A stretch of 64,000 nt of DNA, from assembly GCA_963785725.1 (NCBI GenBank), contig CAWAWS010000007.1, forward strand, positions 544,001 through 608,000. Reading direction: 5' to 3'. The position numbers and the translations under genes are program-made. A model generated the notes under the pieces. It was not told the origin of the DNA, did not search any database, and saw only the letters and a program-made list of their open reading frames with translations. This DNA is from an uncultured delta proteobacterium (lineage in GTDB: Bacteria > Myxococcota_A > Polyangia > Palsa-1104). This document shows positions 1 to 8,868 of the stretch, in pieces (within the stretch, counting starts at the first letter, position 1; each line of letters begins with the position of its first letter).

Positions 1-703
1 CGAAATGCGCGCCCGCTATTTTCGACAGCGTAATGCCGATGATCTTCTCTTCTTGGTTGAGCGCGCCCGTCTCCAAGATCACTTTGACCTTCGCCGGCCG
101 CGCCGCCTGCACGACCTTGCGGATGTCATCCTCGACGAGCCCGTAATCGCGCGACTTCAAGGCGCCGATGTTGATGACCATGTCGATCTCGTGCGCGCCG
201 GCGCGGACGGCCTCGCGCGCCTCGAACGCCTTGGCCGTCGGCGTCATCGCGCCCAGCGGAAAGCCGACGACGGCGCAGACCATGACGCCCGAGCCGTCCA
301 AGTAAGCGCTGGCGCGACCGACCTGCGACGAGTTGACGCAGACCGAGGCGAAGCAATATTTGCGCGCTTCGTCGCACAGCTTCTTGACGTCGGCGGCGGT
401 GGCGTCGGCCTTGAGCAGCGTATGATCGATCATGCGCGCCAAGGCGACGTCGACGTTGCCGGTGTCGACGCCGGCGCCGACGCGGCAGGCGCCCTGGTTG
501 GCCAGCGCGTGCACGCTCTCGGGCCGGCGCGCCGCGCACATGCCGCAGCCTTCGCAGGCTTCGTGCGAAGGCGCGTCGGTGCACGGCGTATCGCGCAGCT
601 CGTCGCGCGGAAGCATGCGTAATGATTCCGAACGCGCGCCGCCAGCGAGCCTGGCTTTGACGCGCTCGGTGATGAGCCCTACGAGGCGATCGATGTCGTC
701 CAT
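1..703 (-). CDS. deoC: Deoxyribose-phosphate aldolase with ~90-aa N-terminal extension (3' end runs off the window)
   Basis: Manual translation from ATG at 703 (GAGGG upstream): MDDIDRLVGLITERVKARL...MIDHTLLKADAT...FASVCVN...VVGFPLGA...EIDMVINIGALKS...KVILETGAL. Absent from the ORF track because its stop lies outside the window. Confidence 0.93.
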   Translation of the reverse strand, partial: MDDIDRLVGLITERVKARLAGGARSESLRMLPRDELRDTPCTDAPSHEACEGCGMCAARRPESVHALANQGACRVGAGVDTGNVDVALARMIDHTLLKADATAADVKKLCDEARKYCFASVCVNSSQVGRASAYLDGSGVMVCAVVGFPLGAMTPTAKAFEAREAVRAGAHEIDMVINIGALKSRDYGLVEDDIRKVVQAARPAKVKVILETGALNQEEKIIGITLSKIAGAHF

Positions 704-786
704 GGTGCGACCCTCATGACTAACTTAACGACGGCTGCAAATCCAGCGTTGAACGAATTTCGTGGCAGAATCCACATAGCTTACGA

Positions 787-1434
787 ATGAGCACCGGCAA
801 GCTGCAGGCGATTATCCACGCGGAAGGCGCGCCGGACCTGGTCCAACGCTGCCAGCGCGGCGACAAGGACGCGCTCGGCGAGCTCTATCGCCAATATCGC
901 TCCGAAGTCGCGCGCAACCTCCATCGCATGCTCGGCCCCGGCAAGAGCGAGATGGAAGACGTCTTGCAGGAAGTCTTCATCGAGGTCTTCCGCTCGATCG
1001 GCCGTTTTCGCGGCGACGCCAAGATCACGACCTGGCTCTATCGCGTCTGCGTCAACGTCGCCTTGCAGCGGCTGCGGAAGCGCAAACGGCGCGCCGAAGT
1101 GTCGCAAGAAGACGTCGTCGAGGTCGTGCTCGGCGACGGCGGCGAGACGCCGGAGCGCGCGCTCGACGCCCGCCGCCGTCTGCACGCCGTCTATCGCATC
1201 CTCGACGAGCTGTCGCCCAAGAAGCGGATCGTATTCATCCTCCATGAGATCGAAGGTCGTGAGCCCAAAGAGATCGCGGGCATCGTCGGTGCGCCGGTGT
1301 TGACGGTGCGGACGCGCTTGCACTACGCGCGCAAGGAGTTCTACGCGCTGGCGGCGCTCGACGCGCGGCTCGACGGTCAAGTGCAGCTGCCGCAGACAGC
1401 GGATTCCACGCCGACGTCGGAGGACGCGTCGTGA
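787..1434 (+). CDS. ECF (sigma-70 family) RNA polymerase sigma factor
   Basis: Region 2 EDVLQEVFIEVFRSIGRFRGDAKITTWLYRVCVN; region 4 EIAGIVGAPVLTVRTRLHYARK. Confidence 0.92.
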   Translation: MSTGKLQAIIHAEGAPDLVQRCQRGDKDALGELYRQYRSEVARNLHRMLGPGKSEMEDVLQEVFIEVFRSIGRFRGDAKITTWLYRVCVNVALQRLRKRKRRAEVSQEDVVEVVLGDGGETPERALDARRRLHAVYRILDELSPKKRIVFILHEIEGREPKEIAGIVGAPVLTVRTRLHYARKEFYALAALDARLDGQVQLPQTADSTPTSEDAS

Positions 1435-2930
1435 GCGCGCAGACGCGACGTTGCGTGCGTCCCGATCGGCTGGCGCAGTCGCCGCGGCGACCGCTCGGCA
1501 GCGACGAGCAGCGCCATGTCGACGGCTGCGCGGCCTGTACGCAGGCGCTCGGCCGCGTGCGTGCGGCGCAGTCGATGCTGCAGCTCGCCGCCGCGAGCTT
1601 GCCGCCCGATCCGTCGGCGGCGGCGCTGGTGCGCGCCGAGGCGAGCATTCGCTGGGCGCGCATCGCGCCCGAGCCGCGAGTGCGTTCGCGCTTCGTTTAC
1701 GGCTTGGCGCTGTCGGCCGTCGGTGCCGCGGCGTTGGCGTTCATGACGCGCGATGTGACGAAAGCGCCGCAGCATGCGCCCATTCGCATCGCGCACAATC
1801 TGCAGGTGCCGCCGCTGACGACGTCGCCGCTGCAGGCGCTGGTGACGCTCATCGGCGGCGACGTCAAGCTGCGGCGCGCGGGCGCGGCCGGTCCGCTCGG
1901 CATCGAGGCCAACCTCGGCGCCGGCGATCATTTGGCGACGTCGGCGAGCGCGCGCGTCGCGGCGCAGTGGTCGGAAGGCTCGGGCTTCCTCTTGTTCGCC
2001 GATTCCGAGCTGGCGTTGACGCGGCTCGAGGCGCGGACGCAGCGGCTGTTCCTCGATCGCGGCAAGATCGCCGTTCGCGTCGGGCCGCACGATCAGGCGG
2101 GTCTGCCGCTGGCCGCGCGCTCGGCGGCGGCGTCGACGGGCGAGTCGCTGCAGGTGATCACGCCCGATCACATCATCAGCGTGCACGGCACCTGGTTCAG
2201 CGTGGCGTCGGCGCAGCATGTCACGACCGTCGAAGTGCTCGAAGGCACCGTCGAGGTCACCGAGCGTGACGGCTCGTCGTCGACGCTGCTGACGGCCCCG
2301 ACGCGCGCCGTCTTCGGCCGCGGCCGCGCGACGACGGCGGCGATGACGACGCACGAAGCGGCGCGCCTGCGCACGGCGTCCGAAATGAACCTCATGGCCT
2401 GGAGCGGCCTGCAAGCGGTGCGCACGGCCTCGGGCGCGCTGCACGTCGACTCGCAGCCGGCGGCGACGCTCGCCGTCGACGGCGTGGAGGAGGGCGCGAC
2501 GCCGCTGACCGTCCGTCGTCCGCTCGGCCGCCACTACATCGAGTTGTCGCGGGCCGACTTCGCGTCGCTGCATCAGTGGGTCGCCATCGGCCCCGAGACG
2601 GGCGAGCTCAAGCTGGCGCTGGTTCATGCGGCTGCGTCGTCGGCGTCGGACAGCGTGCCCGTCGAGATCGAGTCGATGGTGCGCCGCCGCGCCACGCAAA
2701 TTCGCGCCTGTTACGAGCGCCGGCTGAAGCGCGATCCCTCGCTCGCCGGCACCGTCTCCTTGCGCCTGCGCGTCGGCGACGCCGGCCAGGTCTCGCGCGT
2801 CACCGTCGACGAATCGACGCTGCCCGACCCGCTCGTCGCCGAATGCCTACGCCGCGAAGCCGCCGGCTGGAGCTTCAGCGTCGGCCGCAACGCCACCGTC
2901 GTCTACCCCTTCGTCTTCCGCGCCCAATAG
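1431..2930 (+). CDS. Anti-sigma factor: ZAS motif + TM + FecR-like + PEGA-like + AgmX/PglI (TonB-C-like) C-terminal domain
   Basis: GTGA overlap with sigma stop; HVDGCAAC (HxxxCxxC); TM segment; FecR-like VITPDHIISVHGTWFSV...VEVLEGTVEV; PEGA-like VDSQPAATLAVDG...G.TPL; C-terminal QIRACYERRLKRDPSLAGTV...VVYPFVF. Confidence 0.75.
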   Translation: MSAQTRRCVRPDRLAQSPRRPLGSDEQRHVDGCAACTQALGRVRAAQSMLQLAAASLPPDPSAAALVRAEASIRWARIAPEPRVRSRFVYGLALSAVGAAALAFMTRDVTKAPQHAPIRIAHNLQVPPLTTSPLQALVTLIGGDVKLRRAGAAGPLGIEANLGAGDHLATSASARVAAQWSEGSGFLLFADSELALTRLEARTQRLFLDRGKIAVRVGPHDQAGLPLAARSAAASTGESLQVITPDHIISVHGTWFSVASAQHVTTVEVLEGTVEVTERDGSSSTLLTAPTRAVFGRGRATTAAMTTHEAARLRTASEMNLMAWSGLQAVRTASGALHVDSQPAATLAVDGVEEGATPLTVRRPLGRHYIELSRADFASLHQWVAIGPETGELKLALVHAAASSASDSVPVEIESMVRRRATQIRACYERRLKRDPSLAGTVSLRLRVGDAGQVSRVTVDESTLPDPLVAECLRREAAGWSFSVGRNATVVYPFVFRAQ

Positions 2931-3111
2931 TCGCCGCCCGAATCTTCGAGGCGCGAACGCGTACCGTCTTCGAACCGAGCTCGCGCTCGACTATGCTGCG
3001 TTCATGGGGCCGCTCGAGCAGCCGTGCAATCGCTGCGAGGCGAGCGAGGCGTGGCTGTTGCGTCCGGTGCAGAAGATGCGTACGCCCAGTGTCGCCTTCC
3101 AGGTCGGCGCG

Positions 3112-4542
3112 TCAGTCGCCCGAGTCGCGCCCTTCGGCCAAATTCTCGAACCGCGTGTACATATTCAAGAACGCCAGCCGCACGTGCCCCGTCGGCCCGT
3201 TACGCTGCTTGCCGATGATGATCTCGGCCACGCCTTTGTCCTCTTCCTTGCACTCGTCTTTCGAATACACCTCATCGCGATAGATGAACGCGATGACGTC
3301 GGCGTCCTGCTCGATGGCGCCCGACTCGCGCAAGTCCGACAGCATCGGCCGCTTGTCCGCGCGCGACTCGAGCGAACGATTGAGCTGCGACAGCGCGATC
3401 ACCGGCACGCGCAGCTCTTTCGCCAGCGCCTTCAAGCCGCGGCTGATCTCGCTGATCTCGCGCTGACGATTGTCATCCTTCGTCGCGCGCCCTTGCACCA
3501 GCTGCAAATAGTCGATGACGATGCAGCCCATCTGCTCGGCGCCGCCGTAAAACATGTTCTGATCCGAGCGCCAGCGTCGCGCTTTGGCGCGAATTTCGAG
3601 CAGCGTCGGCGAGCCCGAGTCGTCGATCAAGATCGGCGCCTCGGCCAACTTGCCGGCGGCCGTGGTGATGCGGATCCAATCCTTCGTCTCCAAGAAGCCG
3701 CCGCGCAGCTTCATCGAGTCGACGCGCGCCTCCGAGCACAACAGACGCTCGCACAGCGATTCCTTCGACATTTCCAGCGAGAACACCAGCGCCGGGAACG
3801 GATGGCGCTCTTTGCCGTCCTCGGTCTTCACCTTCGTCATGGCCGCGTTCAACACCATGTTCATGACGAACGACGTCTTACCCATCGACGGACGCGCCGC
3901 GATGATCACGAGATCGCCCGGCTGCATGCCCGCCGTCATCGTGTCGAGCTTGTGATAGCCCGTCGGCACGCCGGTGACGGCCTGCTTGCGCTCGTAACGC
4001 CGCTCGAGCGCCTTGATCGTCGTATACAAGATCGTCTTGATGGGCTCGAACGACTGCTTCTGCGAGCGCGAGGCGATGGCGAAGATCTCGCGCTCGGCCG
4101 CGTCGATGTACTCGTCGACGTCGCCGTATTCACCGTAGCCGCGCGCCGAAATTTCGCGGCAGGCCTCGACCAGCCGTCGCGCCGTCGCTTTGCCGCGAAT
4201 GATGCGCGCGTGATAGCCGATGTTCTCCGCCGTCACCACCTTCGACATCAGCTCGGTCAAGAAGTCGGCGCCGTTGAACGCGCGCAGCTTCTCGAACGTC
4301 TCGAGCGCGCGCATCTGCTCGGCCACCGTCAGCGAATCGATCGGCTTCGACGCCGCGTCGAGCTCGATCATGGCCTCGTAGATCGCGCGTAAGGCCGGAT
4401 GATAGAAGTCGTCGGCGACGAGAAACTCGGCGACGTCGTTGAACTTGCGCGGATGGACGAGGATGCCGCCGATCACCGACTCTTCGGCCTCCTGGCTGTG
4501 CGGCGGCGTCGGGCGCGAGTCGTGTCCAGCGGTGAACTGCAT
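3112..4542 (-). CDS. dnaB: Replicative DNA helicase
   Basis: PPHSQEAEESVIG, AARPSMGKT, FSLEM, IDYLQL, SDLRESGAIEQDAD, KQRNGPTG. Confidence 0.98.
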   Translation of the reverse strand: MQFTAGHDSRPTPPHSQEAEESVIGGILVHPRKFNDVAEFLVADDFYHPALRAIYEAMIELDAASKPIDSLTVAEQMRALETFEKLRAFNGADFLTELMSKVVTAENIGYHARIIRGKATARRLVEACREISARGYGEYGDVDEYIDAAEREIFAIASRSQKQSFEPIKTILYTTIKALERRYERKQAVTGVPTGYHKLDTMTAGMQPGDLVIIAARPSMGKTSFVMNMVLNAAMTKVKTEDGKERHPFPALVFSLEMSKESLCERLLCSEARVDSMKLRGGFLETKDWIRITTAAGKLAEAPILIDDSGSPTLLEIRAKARRWRSDQNMFYGGAEQMGCIVIDYLQLVQGRATKDDNRQREISEISRGLKALAKELRVPVIALSQLNRSLESRADKRPMLSDLRESGAIEQDADVIAFIYRDEVYSKDECKEEDKGVAEIIIGKQRNGPTGHVRLAFLNMYTRFENLAEGRDSGD

Positions 4543-4574
4543 TGCGCGGCGAAGTATAGGCTTATACTACTGCG

Positions 4575-4961
4575 ATGAAAATCGTGATCGCCGCGCTGTT
4601 GCTAATGATGTCGCCGCTCGTCGCGCGCGCCGACGAGCCGACGTTCAAGTCCCTCACACCGCAGGAGGTGAACGCGAAGCTGAAGCAGAAGAACTTCTAC
4701 GTCTTCGACAACAACGCTGCCGAAGTCTACAAGGACGCGCATTTGCCGGGCGCGAAGTGGCTCAACCCGATGGACTACGACGCCAAGGCGCTGCCCGCCG
4801 ACAAACACGCCACGCTCGTCTTCTATTGTCACAACGAGCATTGACACGCTTGTCATGAGGGCGCCGGGCGCGCCCTGAAGCTCGGTTACACCAACGTGTT
4901 CGTCATGCCCGCCGGAATCGTCGGCTGGCAAAAAGCCGGCCTTCCCGTCGAGAAGGGCTGA
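4575..4961 (+). CDS. Exported rhodanese-like protein with in-frame TGA (4842-4844), probable selenocysteine
   Basis: Signal peptide; AHLPGA; FYCHNEH*HACHEGAGRALKLGYTNVFVMPAGIVGWQKAGLPVEKG. The rhodanese C-terminal signature is only complete by reading through the TGA. Confidence 0.8.
4845..4880 (+). promoter_or_regulatory. Candidate bacterial SECIS element
   Basis: Stem AGGGCGC (4858-4864)/GCGCCCT (4870-4876); loop CGGGC with G in second position; loop begins 20 nt after the TGA. Confidence 0.65.
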
Positions 4962-4969
4962 CGAAAATA

Positions 4970-5003
4970 AAACGCCGCGGCAGATCGCTCTGCCGCGGCG
5001 TTT
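4970..5003. terminator. Bidirectional intrinsic terminator between convergent rhodanese and rplI
   Basis: AAACGCCGCGGCAGA-TCGC-TCTGCCGCGGCGTTT perfect stem, A-rich on the left and T-rich on the right. Confidence 0.85.
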
Positions 5004-5025
5004 CGCATTTCACGAGTGCTTAGTC

Positions 5026-5487
5026 TTACGCCTGCTTGGGAACGACGACGACCTTGATCTTGCCGGTGACATTGCTGCCCAGCTTGATCTCGAGCGTGTG
5101 GTACCCGATCGTCTTGATCGGCTCCGCGATGTGAATCTTGCGGTGATCGACGACGACGCCCTTTTCCTTCAGCGCCGCTTCGATGTCGCGCGAGGTGACC
5201 GAGCCGAACAGCTTGTCGCCTTCGCCCGCCTGACGCTCGATCGAGACTTCGATCGACGCGAGCTTGTCGGCGACCGACTGCGCGTCCTTCGCCGCCGCCG
5301 CCGTCTTGGCCGCGATCAGCTTCTTCTGGTGCTCGATTTCCTTGACGTTGCTGGCCGTGGCGACGACCGCCTTGCCCTGCGGGATCAGGAAATTGCGGCC
5401 GAAACCCGGGCGCACTTTCACGAGATCGCCGGCCGAGCCGAGGTTGTGCACGTCCTCTTTGAGAACGACCTGAATCATAGTGGGCAT
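5026..5487 (-). CDS. rplI: 50S ribosomal protein L9
   Basis: LGSAGDLVKVRPGFGRNFLIPQGKA; KLFGSVTSRDI. Confidence 0.98.
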   Translation of the reverse strand: MPTMIQVVLKEDVHNLGSAGDLVKVRPGFGRNFLIPQGKAVVATASNVKEIEHQKKLIAAKTAAAAKDAQSVADKLASIEVSIERQAGEGDKLFGSVTSRDIEAALKEKGVVVDHRKIHIAEPIKTIGYHTLEIKLGSNVTGKIKVVVVPKQA

Positions 5488-5490
5488 GGT

Positions 5491-5799
5491 TTACTTCCCC
5501 GTCACGGTGAACGGCATCAACGCGATCATGCGAGCGCGCTTGATGGCCGTGCCGACTTTGCGCTGATGGGTCGCGCAGTTGCCGCTGATACGACGCGGAA
5601 TGATCTTGCCGCGATCGGTGATGAAGTACTTCAGCGTCTGCGGATCCTTGTAGTCGATGGCGACGTTCTTGTCGGCGCAGAAGCGGCACACCTTGCGGCG
5701 CGCGAAGCCACGCTTGCGCGCGTCTTTGCCCTTCTTGTCCTTGTCGCCGCGACCACCACGACCGCCGCGCCCCTCGCTCGAATCAGTCTCGGGCATCAT
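5491..5799 (-). CDS. rpsR: 30S ribosomal protein S18 (Zn-binding form, RGG-rich N-terminal extension)
   Basis: RRKVCRFC...IDYKD...[18 protein letters not shown]. Confidence 0.98.
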   Translation of the reverse strand: MMPETDSSEGRGGRGGRGDKDKKGKDARKRGFARRKVCRFCADKNVAIDYKDPQTLKYFITDRGKIIPRRISGNCATHQRKVGTAIKRARMIALMPFTVTGK

Positions 5800-5802
5800 G
5801 GC

Positions 5803-6315
5803 TTATTCTTTCCCCTTGATCGGCAGGTCATTGTCCAGCGACGGCAGGAAGTCGTCGTCCAGATCCGGGATGTCGTCCTCGTCGAAGCGCGGCAGCTGCG
5901 CCGCGCCGGTCGCCAGCTCTTCCTCGTCGGGCACCGTCGACGCGGCCTTGTTGAACGTCTCGTCGTCGATCGCCGCCGGCTTGGCGTTCGGATCGACGTT
6001 CTCGTCAACCTTGACCGTGTAGTAACGGATGACCGAGTCGAGCATGCGCAGGTTGCGCTCGATCTCCTCGACCACGCCCGTCGAGCCCAGGTACTGCCAG
6101 TAAAGGTAGATACCCTTGAGCTGCTTCTTGACTTCGTAGGCGAGCTTGCGCTTGCCCCAGTTGTCCAGCTTGATGACGCGGCCACCGAGCTGCTCGATCA
6201 CGCCTTTGACGCGCGTGTTGACCAGCGTGATGCCGTCCTGGTTCGTGTCCGGACGCAGGATGAAGATCGTCTCGAACTCTCGCTGCGTTCCCGGCTCGTC
6301 TCTCATCGATAACAT
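5803..6315 (-). CDS. rpsF: 30S ribosomal protein S6 with acidic C-terminal tail
   Basis: REFETIFILRPD...WGKRKLAYEVKK...VIRY. Confidence 0.97.
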   Translation of the reverse strand: MLSMRDEPGTQREFETIFILRPDTNQDGITLVNTRVKGVIEQLGGRVIKLDNWGKRKLAYEVKKQLKGIYLYWQYLGSTGVVEEIERNLRMLDSVIRYYTVKVDENVDPNAKPAAIDDETFNKAASTVPDEEELATGAAQLPRFDEDDIPDLDDDFLPSLDNDLPIKGKE

Positions 6316-6370
6316 GCTTCGTTCTCCCTCTTGGGTTTGCCCCCGAACGACAATCGTCGGGAACGAGGTG

Positions 6371-6928
6371 CTACTTTTTGTCGGTATTCACTGCGTTCAT
6401 CGCCGCGGTCGCGCCCTTGTTCATGATCAGCTCGACCGCATCTGCCGCTCCACCGACGAGGAACGGCAGCTCCGCTTGCTCCGACTTCGAAAATCCACCG
6501 AGCACGTGCCCGGTCACTCGCTCTTTTCCACCGACCGGCTTGCCCACTCCGCAACGAACTCGGATGAAGGTGTCGCCGCCGTTGGCAATGATCGATCGCA
6601 GCCCGTTATGCCCGCCGTGTCCGCCCGCTACTTTGACGCGCAGCTTGCCGAAGTCGAGGTCGAGCTCGTCATGCACCACGATCGTGCGCGGCGGCTCAAT
6701 CTTGTAGAACTGCTGGGCCCGCTGCACGGCCTGACCCGACACGTTCATGTACTCCTGCGGCTTCAACACGACCAGCCCTTCTTGCTGCGTAACCTCCGCT
6801 CCGAACTTGTCGCGCCAACCCGGCAGCTTCCACCGCCGGGCCAGCTCGTCGACGACCATGAAACCGATGTTGTGCCGCGTGTGCTCGTACTCGCGTCCCG
6901 GATTGCCTAAACCGACGATCAAGAACAC
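6371..6928 (-). CDS. pth: Peptidyl-tRNA hydrolase
   Basis: LIVGLGNPG...TRHNIGF...HDELDL...GGHGGHNGLRSI. Confidence 0.98.
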   Translation of the reverse strand: MFLIVGLGNPGREYEHTRHNIGFMVVDELARRWKLPGWRDKFGAEVTQQEGLVVLKPQEYMNVSGQAVQRAQQFYKIEPPRTIVVHDELDLDFGKLRVKVAGGHGGHNGLRSIIANGGDTFIRVRCGVGKPVGGKERVTGHVLGGFSKSEQAELPFLVGGAADAVELIMNKGATAAMNAVNTDKK

Positions 6929-6961
6929 GAGCCGAGCACCTTGGGCAGCAACAACCGAAAA

Positions 6962-7686
6962 TTACTTCTTGGCGTCCTTGGCCGGAGCCGCCGCCTTCTT
7001 GTCGCCGCCGGCTGCCGCCTTGTCGCCTTCTTTGCCAGCCGCCGCCGGAGCCGCCGCAGCGCCTTCCGCCGGAGCCGCCTTCCGCGCCCGCCGCCGGAGT
7101 GACTTCCTTCTCGGCCTTCGGAGCGGTGACGGCGCAGATCGTCGAGCCGCCGTCGGCCAACGCGCGCACGCCTTCGCCGAGCTTGAGATCGCTGACGTGG
7201 AGCGCCTCGTTCATGCCCAGCGCCGTGACGTCGACCTCGAGCTTGGTCGGGATCTTGTCCGGCGTGCAGGCGATCGCGAGCGTACGAATGACCTGGTGCA
7301 TGATGCCGCCGAGCTTGACGCCCTCGGACTTGCCGATGAGAACGACCGGCACCGTCGCATGGACCGGCTTGTTCAGGTCGACGCGGATGAAGTCGGCGTG
7401 CGTGACGTTGCCGCGGATCGCGTCCTTCTGATACTCGCGCACCATGACCGTCAGCTCGCTCGACGCGCCCGTCGGGGCGCCGGCGACCGTCAACGTCAAT
7501 ACGGTGTTGGTCTTCTTGACCGGATCGAGCGACTTCAAGAGCAGCAGCGGATCGAGCGACAACGGCATGGGCTCGCCGCCGCCGCCGTAGACAGATCGCC
7601 GGGATCTTGCCAGCCGTGCGCAGACGGCGCACGACCGTTTTGCCCGTATCACCGCGATATTCGACGTTCAGCTTTCCGACTTCCAT
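6962..7686 (-). CDS. rplY: 50S ribosomal protein L25/Ctc (apparent frameshifts near 7590 and 7085)
   Basis: RRLRTAGKIPAIC in one frame; HADFIRV...GVKLGG...ALHVSDL in another; lies between prs and pth. Confidence 0.92.
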
Positions 7687-7699
7687 ATGACTGATCCTT

Positions 7700-8648
<949 letters not shown>

Positions 8649-8673
8649 GCTTCGTCGTCCCTTGTTTCTCTCG

Positions 8674-8745
8674 TTGGGGCGGTAGGATTCGAACCTACGA
8701 ATGCGGGGACCAAAACCCCGTGACTTACCGCTTGTCGACGCCCCA
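8674..8745 (-). tRNA. tRNA-Gln(TTG), CCA not encoded
   Basis: TGGGGCG acceptor stem; anticodon arm CGGGG-TTTTGGT-CCCCG; T-loop GGTTCGAATCC; typical position upstream of prs. Confidence 0.96.
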
Positions 8746-8868
8746 GGGAAATTCCCGGATTGCCTTTAAAAAACCCCAAAAACCTAAAGAGAGCGGACGA
8801 TCTAGCAGACGGATGGGCCGTTTGTCAAGGCGCGGGACCATTGCGTGAAATGCGTGTATGCTAGAGGG

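Noticed and set aside
5..622. 205-aa + strand ORF and the many other long Arg/Ala-rich ORFs in the track (e.g. 35044..36936, 38286..40865, 52027..55047)
   Set aside because: Antisense or alternate-frame shadows of real genes, expected in GC-rich DNA; no recognisable motifs.
770..820. DnaA-box-like TTATCCACG and AATCCACA
   Set aside because: Only one or two imperfect boxes, one inside a CDS, with no AT-rich unwinding element; not an oriC.
3112..4542. Possible intein in DnaB
   Set aside because: Normal length (476 aa), only short loop insertions, no intein splicing motifs.
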